The notes under the pieces: generated by a model
The model's database searches: none
Seen by the model: only the letters and a program-made list of their open reading frames with translations
What the model was told of the DNA's origin: nothing
Shown here: positions 21,377 to 31,500 of the stretch, in pieces
Layout: each line of letters opens with the position of its first letter
How positions within the stretch are numbered: position 1 is the stretch's first letter
Assembly (NCBI GenBank): GCA_001275005.1
Contig: JWZX01001884.1
Location: forward strand, 1-34,617
Direction: 5' to 3'
DNA from: Chrysochromulina tobinii
Lineage: Eukaryota
DNA length: 34,617 bases
Made by a program: the position numbers and the translations under genes

Positions 21377-24300
21377 ATGGAAGCCTCGCTAGAGGGGCCG
21401 CCGCAGGCCTCAATGAGCGCGCGGCTTGCTGCGCTCCAGCTGCATTCCTGCGGGAACAGCAGCAGTGGCACTCAGTGGTGGGCAGAGCGCGCGGCGCTCG
21501 ACGGTATCGCCGTGGAGCTCGAGGCCTCCAACTTTGTCGTCCTGGACTCGGTCCTGGGCGCATCAACAGTGGCGTCGTTGAGAGCGGAGGTGGAGGGCGT
21601 GCGGCGCGCAGGGCGGCTGAAGGCGTCAGAGCTCGGTGGTGGACGCACGGGCAGCAACGTGGCGTTCACGCGAGCCGAGGCCCGAGGCGACAGCATCGGG
21701 TGGTTCACTGGCGGCGAGGCAGCGCTCTGGCCGGATGGTACGCTGGCGCGGTATCTCGACGTCCTCGACGGGCTGATGGGCGCGCTCGGGAAGCGTGTGC
21801 CACAGCTTCGGGCAACCACGAAGCGCTCGAAGGCGATGATAGCCTGCTACCCGGGCAGCGGCGCGCGCTACGTGCGCCACCACGACAACGCGTGCAGCCG
21901 GAGCGAGGGCGAGCAGTGCAACGGGCGGCGGCTCACGGCCATTCTGTACCTCAACGAGGGGTGGGAGGTTGCCCATGGCGGCCATCTGCGCCTCTACCCG
22001 CCGTACAAGCCCGACGCAGCCAAGGAGGCCCTGCAGGAGCTGCAAGCGTGGTTATTGACGCAGCACGACGCTCCCGATGCTGAGATGGTCGCGCACACTT
22101 TTCACGAGCGGCTCGCGGAAATCACGACAAATGACGATGCGCCGCCGTTGTGCGACGTGGCACCGATCGCCGACCGCCTCATCCTCTTCTACTCGGACTA
22201 CCGCGTGCCGCACGAAGTGTTGCCTGCCCATCGGGATCGACTGGCGGTGACCGTCTGGTATTTCGACGAGGACGAGCATGCCCGAGCGTACAAACCCTCG
22301 GAGGAGACGGACGCGTACGAGGCGCTAGCGGTGGCGAAGCAGATGCGTCGATGGCGCTCGGACGCCGCCGCCACGGGCGGTGGTAGCGCCGCCGACGCCG
22401 CCGCGCCTCGGGGCGTGACTTCCTTATTTGGAAGTACCGAGTCTCTGGACGTGCCCGGCATGGAGCTGTGCCCGATCCCCGACAAGGGACTCGGCCTCAT
22501 CGCGACCCGCGCCTTTGCTCCCGGCGAGCGCCTGATTGCCGAGGCGCCTCTGGTGCTCTGGGAGAGTGCGCGCGGCGCGGACGGCGAGCACAAGTGGTCG
22601 GTGCTTGAGGAGCTCGTGGAGGCGCTTCCGGCGGGCTCACGGCGCGCGTTCGATGGTCTCATGGATAAGTACGCTCCCGACGACCAGTTCAAGACCGCAA
22701 GAGGCATCTGGAACACGAATGCCTTTCGCACGGAGGATGTTCTCGGCGACGGCAAGGCGGCGCAGTGCGATGGCGTGGAGCGATCCGCCGTCTTCCGAGT
22801 GTGTTCACGCCTCAACCACGCGTGTCGTCCGTGCGCGCACGTCGCATGGAGTGCACGCTTGGGGCAGCAGACGGTGCACGCGGTGCGCCCGATCGCGGCG
22901 GGCGACGAGGTAACCATCGCATACGTCGCAGGCGCCGATTGCATGCTGATTGCAACTGATTGCCTCCCTCATCAGGTGACCATCGCATACGTCGCAGGCG
23001 CCGATTGCATGCTGATTGCAACTGATTGCCTCCCTCATCAGGTGACCATCGCATACGTCGCAGGCGCCGATTGCATGCTGATTGCAACTGATTGCCTCCC
23101 TCATCAGGTGACCATCGCATACGTCGCTGGCGCCGAGGCGGGCGGCCGAGCAAGCCGCCAGGCCCACCTGCAAGCGAAGTATCATTTCGGCTGCGTGTGC
23201 GATGTGTGCGAGCTACGCGGCACGGCGCAGCAGGCGAGCGACGATCGCTTCGAGCGGCTTGCATGCATCCACAAGACATTGTCGAGCGTGCCGCCTTTGG
23301 AGCTCGAGGCGACTGTGGCGGAGAGTGTGGCGCTTCTGAATGCGGAGGGGTTGCCTCTGGTGTGGGCGAAGGCAGGCATGCTGCTCGTCATCGTGCAGCT
23401 CAAGCAGTCTGCCCGTCTCGGCCGCGCCGCTCACTGGGCTCGTCGAGGCGCCGCCGCAGCCACCTTCGCTCTCGGCGACGACTCGGCCACATTCCTCAAG
23501 TTTGCCAGCTTGGCGCAACTCTTTGGGCAAGCGGCGGGGGACGCCGAGGACGACGCGCCGGACACCCCCGACGATGCAGGCCGTTGGGCGTGGCTTCCTG
23601 CAGCGAGGGCTGTATGTGCCGCCGCGAAGGACGTCGCCGCTCCGAACGGCGCCCATCACGGCGCTCAGCACGCCGCTCCGAACGGCGCCGCCGCCGACGC
23701 CGACCCGGCACCGCCGTCCGATGCGGACGAGCCCTCGATGCACTCCGTCTACGTGGCTGGTGAGGGGCCGACGATCTTGCCCTCCTAATTGCCTCCTAAC
23801 TGCCTCCTAATTGCCTCCTAATTGCCTCCTAATTGCCTCCTAATTGCCTCCTAATTGCCTCCAGGTGAGGGGCCGACGATCTACGAGCGCGCCCAGGACG
23901 ACGCCACATGGCTGGCCGACGGCCGTGCAGGGCCGCGCGTGCTGCGCTTCGGGCTCATCAGCCATCGGCAGCGCTGGGCGCATCGACTCTGGCCGGCCGC
24001 GCAGGTGCTCGCGGCCCATCTGGATGCGCATCCAGAGCATGCACGCGGCCGAGCCGTCCTCGAAGTCGGCGCAGGCGCGGCGCTCCCGTCCGTGGTCGCC
24101 GGGCTGCTCGGCGCGTGCGCGGTCGTGACCAGCGACTGGCCCGACGCGCGAATGCTGGCCAACACGGCTGCGAATTTGAACGCCAACTTGGCGCCGGAGA
24201 TGCACCAGCGCGTGATGGTGGTCGGATATGATTGGAATACGCCGCCCCACCCGCTTCTGGGCGCGCTCGATGCGATCGTGAGCGGCGGGGCGCGCGCTGC

Positions 24301-24952
24301 GCCGTGCGCCGTGCGCGTGCTCGATCTCGCATTTGATCTCGGTTTCGACCGCGGCGCGGAGGCGCACATTCTGCCGGAGCAGCCACGGCGCTTCGACCTG
24401 ATCCTCATGTCAGACCTCCTCTATGAATGTGAACACGAGGCCCTCCTTCGAGCCATCGTGTGCTGCCTGTCGCGCTCTCGACCAGTGGGCGCCGTGCCGG
24501 GCACCGAGCCGCGCGCTGTGCCGGGCGGTGCGAGTCCACACGAGCCGCGCGTGCTGCTCACGTATCAGGTGCATGACCGGTGCCAGGCTGCTCGACAAGG
24601 CGCCTTCTTCACCATGGTGCCTGCCCACGGGCTTGTCGCCACCAAGCTGCGCAGCGTCGACGTCGGTCGACAATTTGAGGACAAGGAGGAGGAGGAGGCG
24701 GAGGAGGCGGAGGCGGCAGAGGGTGTGGACGACGAGCAGGACGACATCACGAGGCAGGTGCAACTTTGGGAGCTCACTTGGGCGCCGACTTGGGCGCCGC
24801 CCGGGGCGCCGACTGCCCCTCCCCCCGAGGCGGATGATGAGAATGTCAGGAGCGACGCCGCCGACGCGCCGCTCCTCGTAGGGCTCGTGCGCTTGGTCCG
24901 GTCTCGGGCTACGGGCGTGGCTACGGGGCGTTCCAGCTGGCGCTTCGTCTAA
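21377..24952 (+). CDS. Three-enzyme fusion: EGLN/PHD-type 2OG-Fe(II) oxygenase + SMYD-type SET domain + class I (Methyltransf_16, METTL21/EFM7-like) methyltransferase, ~1090 aa
   Basis: Exons 21377-22909, 23108-23759, 23865-24952. EGLN motifs 'RGDSIGW', 'YVRHHDN', 'RRLTAILYLN', 'PHEVLP..RDRLAVTVWY'. SET motifs 'KGLGLIATR', 'RLNHAC', 'EVTIAY' and post-SET 'FGCVCDVC'. Methyltransferase motifs 'LWPAAQVLA', 'VLEVGAGAALP', 'FDLILMSDLLY'. Confidence 0.8.
22910..23107 (+). other. 198-nt intron made of three tandem 66-nt GT...AG units
   Basis: Units 22910-22975, 22976-23041 and 23042-23107. Each is 29 nt of copied exon followed by TTGCATGCTGATTGCAACTGATTGCCTCCCTCATCAG. Removal gives a normal SET 'GDEVTIAY'. 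Confidence 0.85.
23760..23864 (+). other. GT-AG intron with perfect 19-nt junction duplication and ~7 copies of CTAATTGCCTC
   Basis: G|GTGAGGGGCCGACGATCT occurs at both ends. Splicing removes the in-frame TAA and joins the two ORFs ('YVAG|EGPTIYE'). Confidence 0.85.
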
Positions 24953-25248
24953 AGCCGAAGTCGGCGCGGTACGGCTCAGAAAGAAGCTTAAATTAGCGCG
25001 TGACCACATTGTAGAGAGATCTTGCACATTCGGTAATTAGACAGAGGAGAGACCGGGCCGCGGTGCGCGGAAGCGAAGACGAGAGACCGCGCGTCTCATA
25101 CAAGCCGAACTCTCACGCACCTTCGCTTCCCAGCACCGCGAGGGCTCGCGATGTCGTCTCTCCCTCGGCTCAGCACTGCTCTCGCCTCTCGGACGCCACG
25201 AGCAGCCCCCAGCGCGGCGAGCATCTTCGCGTGTAGTGCCTCCGCCGT

Positions 25249-28200
25249 TTACGACACCTCGACGGCGGCCGCGCTGCCCTGGGCATGGCGTTTCGCCTGA
25301 TCGAGCTCGCCAAACGTCTTGACCGTGCAGTCCCGCACGCTCCAAAACTCGGTGACGGCCCGTTGCAAAAAGTAGGCATCGTGGCTGACCACGACGACGG
25401 CGCCCGTGAACTCGCGCAGCGCCGTCGCGAGCACATCGACCGTCTCCATGTCGAGATGATTGGTGGGCTCGTCAAGGAAGAGGAGGGTGGGCTCGGACCA
25501 TGTGATCGCGCACAACACGACGCGCGACTTTTGGCCGCCCGAGAGCTTACCCATGGGCAGCCACGACATGCCGTCGACGATACCGAAGCCGCCCAGCCGA
25601 GTGCGCACCTCGGCCTCCTTGGAGCCGGGGAAGCGGGCCATCAAGAACTCAGTCGGCGTCTGGTACAGGTCGAGCTGCTCCACAAAGTGCTGTGCGAAGA
25701 TGGCAGAGCGCGCGCTCCGGTTGACCTCGATGGTCCCAAAAGTCGCCGCGAGCTGCGAGGTCATCAGCTTGAGTAGGGTCGACTTACCCGCTCCGTTGGC
25801 GCCGAGGATGCCAATCTTGGAGCCGAGGGAGACGGAGAGGCTCAGGTTGCGCAGCAAGATCTTGGGTATCGCTGGGGGGGGGACTGAGTACCCAAAGGCG
25901 GCGTCCGTCATCGTGACTAGATGCGGGCGCTTGAGCGGCGGCGGCGGCGGGAAGACGATCGCGATCGTGGCCTCATCCGTCTTCGCATCCGGATCGGCGA
26001 CGACGGCCCTCGTCCTCCATCTTCGCCAGCTGCTTCTCGCGCTGCTTCGCCTGCGCCACCACGCCCGCATGCCTCTTGTTCTTCTTGTTGTCCGCGCTCG
26101 AGTTCTTCGCAGGGTCGTACTTGTCGACGAGCTCCTGCATGTGCTTCCTCTCGAGCTGCTGCGCCTCGTACCTGTGCGGAGAGGGAGGGCGCCGTGGTGA
26201 GCTCGAGCGCCGTGCCGAGCGCTCGCATGCGCCGCCTCCGCTCGCGCCGCCGCGGGCGCCTCGTACCGCCGCTTTTGAGCGATGCGCTGCTCAGCCATGG
26301 TCTCGACGTACGCGGAGATCGAGCCCTTGTAGTGCGTGAGCGTCTTCGACTTGATCTGGATCACCTGAGGAAGGTTGCACTCGGCAGGCACTCAGCAGGC
26401 CCTGCCGCATCGCAGGCGCTCAGAGGTCATCATCAGAGGCCATCAGCTTCGAGATCGGATCTGGATCATCATCAGAGGCCATCAGCTTCGAGATCGGATC
26501 TGGATCATCATCAGAGGCCATCAGCTTCGAGATCGGATCTGATCATCATCAGAGGCCATCAGCTTCGAGATCGGATCTGGATCACATCCGAGACGACGTC
26601 GTCAAGAAAGCCGCGGTCGTGCGAGACGATGAGGATCGTCGCCTTGCACGCCTGCAGCCACTTGGTCAGCCAGACGAGCGCGGGGAAGTCGAGGTGGTTC
26701 GTGGGCTCGTCGAGCAGCAGCACCTGCAATCAGAGCCAATCAGCATGTAATCAGCATGCAATCAGCATGCAATCAGAGCCAGGTGGTTCGTGGGCTCGTC
26801 GAGCAGCAGCACATCACACGGCACAAAGAGCGCCGCCGCGAGCGTCACGCGCATGCGCCATCCGCCAGACAGATGCTCGATCGGAGCGGAGGCCGTGGCG
26901 GCTGAGAACCCGAGCCCCGAGAGGATGGCGGACGCCCGTGCCGCGGAGCCGTCGAGATCGAGATCTGCCATCAAGGCCTCGGTCTCGTCCAGTCGCTTCT
27001 TGAGGCGTGCGTACACCTTCTCGTTCACGCTGCGCGCCTCGGCCGCCTTCGCATCGGCATCGAGCGCCGTACCGAGCGCCGACGCCGCGTCCGGGGCGAG
27101 AGCCTCCGTCGCCTTCGCCACGGCCTCCGCGAGCTCCGCGTGCCGCCGGCGCAGAATCTGGCCCTCGAGATCGTACCTAATGAGGGAGGCCATCAGAGGT
27201 GGACTCAGAGGGGCACTCGGAGATGCTCAGCCATGGTCTCGACGTACCTAATGAGGGAGGCCATCAGAGGTGGACTCAGAGGGGCACTCGGAGATGCACT
27301 CGGAGGCAATCACGTGCAATCAAGAGCACTCAGAGGCAATCAAGAGAGGCAATCAAGAGAGGCAATCAAGAGAGGCAGTCAAGAGAGGCCATCAAGAGAG
27401 GCAATCAAGAGAGGCTATCTGGTCCTCGCGAGATCGTACCCGAGCACCGTCGCGAGGGGGGTGGAGCCGAGATCGTGCATCGGGTCCTGCTCGACGTACA
27501 CGACCTTGAGATGCTTGGGAAAGCTCGGCAGCTCATAGCTCGCGATCGCCTTCAGGAGCGTGGTCTTGCCAGTGCCGTTGCGCCCGACAAGGCCATACTT
27601 ATGGCCCTGGGAGAGGCGCAGCGACGAGGTCTCATCGAGGAGTGTCTTGCCGGCGCCGGAGAGGAGGATGAGCGATTTGATGGCGACGTCGCGCGAGCCG
27701 CCCGCCGCCTTCGAGGCGAGGTACAGCTCGCACGCCTGCTCTCGCGCGCGCTGCGCCGCCGCCATCTCCTCCTTCTCACGCTTGCGGATCACCTCCAATG
27801 CTGGCGCACCGAGCCGAAGGGTGCCGAACTTGACGCCGCCGTTGCCGCCGCCGTCCTCCTCATCGTCATCGGGTTTGACACCGTCCAATGTGACGGTGCG
27901 CGTGGCTCCATTGGCTCGCGCAGCGGCCGACTGCCGGTTGCCAAAGGCGTCAACCTCCTCGTTGCCGATCCCACCGATCAAATAGTTGGCCACCTTGGAT
28001 GTGTCGTCACCCATTCTGAACGGCTTGTTGAGCAGGGCCGGTGGCGCATTGTCTGACGCTGCACTCGAGGATGCTGCCGGCGCGACGCTCCCGAGTCGCT
28101 CGTGCAGCGTGCGGCACATGGCTTCCGCCGCATCTTCATCCGCGGCCAGCTCATATGAGATCAGTAGGTCCCGAAGCGCTTCAGAAAGGGATTCCACGCT

Positions 28201-28308
28201 CGCGTCGCCCTCCTCGACCACGGTCTGCACGGTACCCACAAGGTAGTCGATCACGTCGTCGTCGATCGCCTTGCCTTGAAGCAGCGATCGGATGGCCACG
28301 TCGGCCAT
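25249..28308 (-). CDS. ABCF3: ABC-F family ATPase (ABCF3/GCN20-like), ~796 aa, 5 exons, one apparent extra base near 26005
   Basis: Exons 28308-27440, 27176-26813, 26723-26586, 26364-26267, 26171-25249. N-terminal 'IDDDVIDYL'. ABC domain 1: '[13 protein letters not shown]', 'LSGGWRMR', '[11 protein letters not shown]', 'VSHDR'. ABC domain 2: 'GANGAGKST', 'LSGGQKSR', 'LDEPTNHLD'. No transmembrane segments. Confidence 0.85.
26172..26266 (-). other. GT-AG intron with 12-nt junction duplication
   Basis: G|GTACGAGGCGC occurs at both ends. Splicing gives the typical ABCF linker '[22 protein letters not shown]'. Confidence 0.85.
26365..26585 (-). other. GT-AG intron with 12-nt exon copy amplified within ~4 copies of a 39-nt repeat
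   Basis: GTGATCCAGATC starts both the intron and the next exon. The repeat unit is the exon-derived GATCCAGATC plus CTGATGGCCTCTGATGAT. Joins '[11 protein letters not shown]'. Confidence 0.85.
26724..26812 (-). other. GT-AG intron with perfect 32-nt copy of the Walker B coding sequence
   Basis: 26781-26812 is identical to 26692-26723. Filler (CTGATTGCATG)n. Joins '[17 protein letters not shown]'. Confidence 0.85.
27177..27439 (-). other. GT-AG intron with 12-nt junction duplication, (CTCTCTTGATTGC)n filler and duplicated 3' end
   Basis: G|GTACGATCTCG occurs at both ends. Ends CTGATGGCCTCCCTCATTAG. Joins '[12 protein letters not shown]'. Confidence 0.85.
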
Positions 28309-28577
28309 TACGACCCTGATTGAAACCGCAATCAAAATTGGTCCTTGACCGCACGCACCGGCTGTCGCGTCTGTCGTGTTAACGTTCACGCAAGCAGGGG
28401 CCCGGCCCGAGGGCGGCGAAACCGCGGTCCGCCGCCGCGCGGCAATCGAACCGAAGAACGTGTACAGTAGCTACGCCAAAACACTGCAAACGAAAACACC
28501 CCCCCGCGCGGCCAGGGCCGCCAGACGCCTGACCCTGGAGCTTACGTTGCGCGCGGCGCTCGCGCGACTAGGGCGCG

Positions 28578-31500
28578 TCATTCCAAGTCCATGCTGATCA
28601 GGCGCAGCTCGTACAGATGCCTGAGCCGCTCGATCACGTCCTCCTTGGTCACGCTCCCCTCCGACTCGGCTGCAAGGTCCGCCGCGAGGCGCGCCGCGCT
28701 CGCGCCCGCGCCCGGGACGACGCGTTCGAGCACCTCGAGCTCGAGCGGATCCGCAAGCTCGAGCCACGTGTCCTCGCCCTGGCCCGCGTCCTTGGCGCGT
28801 ACCTCGACGCGCACGGGCACGCCGGCGGCGTCGGATACGGAGCGCGACGCAAAGGGTCGACGCTGCATCGGTACCGCCCTTTGGAGCGCCTCTGCCTCTT
28901 GGGGGGGGCAAGGAGGACGTCGGGTGAGCACGCCTCATCACAGCATTCACAGCATTCGCAGCATTACAGGACTCACAGGCAAGGACGTCGGGCGAGCGCG
29001 CCTCATCTAGTCATCAGAAGCCATTCGAAGCAATCCGAAGCAAACCAAGGGTAAGCAATCCAAGGCAAGCACCCATCGATCCATCAGAGGCACTCGGAGG
29101 CCATCCGAAGCCATCAGACGCAAGCACCTGTGGGAAAGGGCCGCCGTCGGATGAGCCTCCCATGGAGCACGAGGAGCGGCAATCAGTGGCAATCAGTGGC
29201 ATGCGCACCTGTGGGAAAGGGCCGCCGTCGGATGAGCCTCCCATGGAGCATGAGGAGTGAGAGCGCCTCGTCCGCCTCGAGGAAGCAGGCGAGGGCGTCG
29301 CGTGGCGACTCGACGATGGGCATGCGTGCGAGGTTGAATGAAGTATTCAACAGCATGGGCACGCCCACGAGGGCAAAGAAGGCGGCGATGAGCGCGTGGT
29401 AGATCGGCGCGTCGGCCTCGCCCACGGTCTGCAGCCGTGCCGAGCCGTCGACATGGGTAATCGCGGGCACTTGCTCGCGCACCTCTGGCCGCACCGTCGC
29501 GGTGATCTGCATGTAGGGCGACGCCAAGGTCGGCAGCCCATCGAACCAACTGTCGGCCTCCTCCGCCAGTACCGACGGGGCGAGTGGCCTCCATTGCTCG
29601 CGTTGCTTGACATGGTTGACCTTCCAATGATTCTCGGCCATCGCGGGGTTGGCGAGGATCGAGCGATGACCGAGCGCGCGCGCGCCCACCTCGGCGCGAC
29701 CGTTCACCCAGCCGACGATCTCCCCGCGGGCGAGCGCCTCGGCCGTGTACTGCAGCACTGCCGCGGAGGGGGCATCCCAAGCGCCGTCCCGGGCGCCGCC
29801 CCGCGCTGCGGACGACGGGCCGGTTGCGGCGCCGTACTGGGCAACGGCGCCGTCCTGGGCTCCGGCGCCGTCCTGGGCACCGGCGCCGGCGGCCGTCTCC
29901 GCAGTGCTGGTGGGCCGCGCGGCCTCGAGCTCGGCCTCGAGCTCGGCCTTGATCTGGGCCGCGAGCTCGGCCTCGAGCTCCGCCTCGAGCGCTCGATACT
30001 CCTCAAGATCCTCCGCTGAGACGAAATCCTCATCAGTCTCGTCATCCACCGAGCCCCCATCGGGCGCCGTCCTGGGCGCCGCGGCGAGTGTCACCTCCTC
30101 TATCCACGGGCTGAACTCGTCCATCGCCGCCTGCACCTCCGCCGCGCTGTACGCGCGCCCCATGCATGCAGGCCACGGGCTGCCGCGACGCGCCGGCGCG
30201 GGCACCCCCAGCTGTGGCAGGAGCGCATGGAGCGCGTACGCGGCGCAGCCCGCGGCAATGCCCTCGTCTCCCGGGTACGGGGGAATGAAGACATGCTCAA
30301 AGCCCGCCTCGCGCGCCACGCGTCCATTGAGCACGGAGTTCTGCACCACGCCTCCGACCAAGCACAGGTTCGTCTCGCCAGTCTGCTGCTGCAGCCGGCA
30401 GAGCCACTCGAGGGTCACCTGAAGACTCATCAGTCGTCATCAGTCGGTCATCGGTCGTCATCAGTCGTCATCAGTCGGTCATCAGTCGGTCATCAGTTGT
30501 CATCAGTCATTCATCGGACGTCATCAGTCGTCATCAGTCGGTCTCAGTCGTCATCGGTCGTCATCAATCGTCATCAGTCGGTCATCAGTCATCATCAGTC
30601 GTTAATCAATCGGTCATCAGTCTCACCTCTTCGAGATCCATCTGCACGCGTGCCGCGAGGGCCGCATACGCGCCCCGCATGCTCGCCTGCGCGGCAGGCA
30701 GCTCGGAGCGCTCCGCCAGGATCTTGGGCCCGAGCGCCTTCTGCAGCGCGCGAAAGCCATTGATGGGCGGCAGTTGATCGAATGCCTCCAGGGCGTCCCA
30801 TTCAAGGTGAAGCGCCTCGCCGTCCTCGCCGTCGAGCTTGCCGCGGAGCAGCGGCGTGCTCAGCAGGCGCGCGTGCACGGGGTCGCGCTGGACGTCCGCC
30901 CACGTGCCCGCCCACGGCGCGAGCCCCATCACCTTGCCGCATGCATTCCAGTCGCCAAAGATGTGTGACGAAACCCTCGAGTAGAGCGCGCCGACGGACT
31001 CGAGATTCTCAAACCCATGATTGTAGAGTTCCGAAGGCGAGCGCTGGGGTACCCAGCGCTTGAAGACGCGTGAGAGGGCGGAGCCCTCGAACAGGTACGC
31101 GCTCTCAGCCTCGCGGTGGCCAGGCGGCGCTCCGAGCGTCGACGAGCCTTGCGGCACCGCCACGTAGCCCGTAGCCTCAGGCAGTCGCAGGTCGTGCATA
31201 TAGTGAGTGTCGTCCCGGGCGGCCTGCATCGCGGCGAAGGTCTCGCCCATGCCGTCCATGACGACCACGAGGCCGCGCTCAAAGGGCGCCTGCGTGATCG
31301 CGCACCACACGTGCGCCAGATGGTGCGAGAGCTCAAAGTGCGGCACGCCCGGAAGTAGGTTGTCGTCTGAGAGAGCGCTGGTCGCGTACAGCCCCATCGG
31401 AACGCTCCACGGCAGCCGTCCCTCAAAGGAAGCAACGCGGTGATGGTGGTTGTTGGCGCACACGGCCACGACGTCCTCGATGGAGCTTCCGACGGCCTCG

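Noticed and set aside
22910..23130. Regular repeats resembling a CRISPR array (also 26440-26585 and 7580-7800)
   Set aside because: There are no unique spacers and no cas genes, the context is eukaryotic, and the units are bounded by splice sites.
25249..26391. Continuous 380-aa ORF suggesting that retention of intron 26172-26266 compensates for the frameshift
   Set aside because: The retained reading replaces the conserved ABCF linker with Arg/Ser-rich nonsense, so this is probably coincidence.
28943..29008. Possible mini-exon (TAG|ATGAGG...GCCT|GTGAGT) in the carbamoyltransferase intron
   Set aside because: Joining it to either nearby downstream acceptor creates an in-frame TAG.
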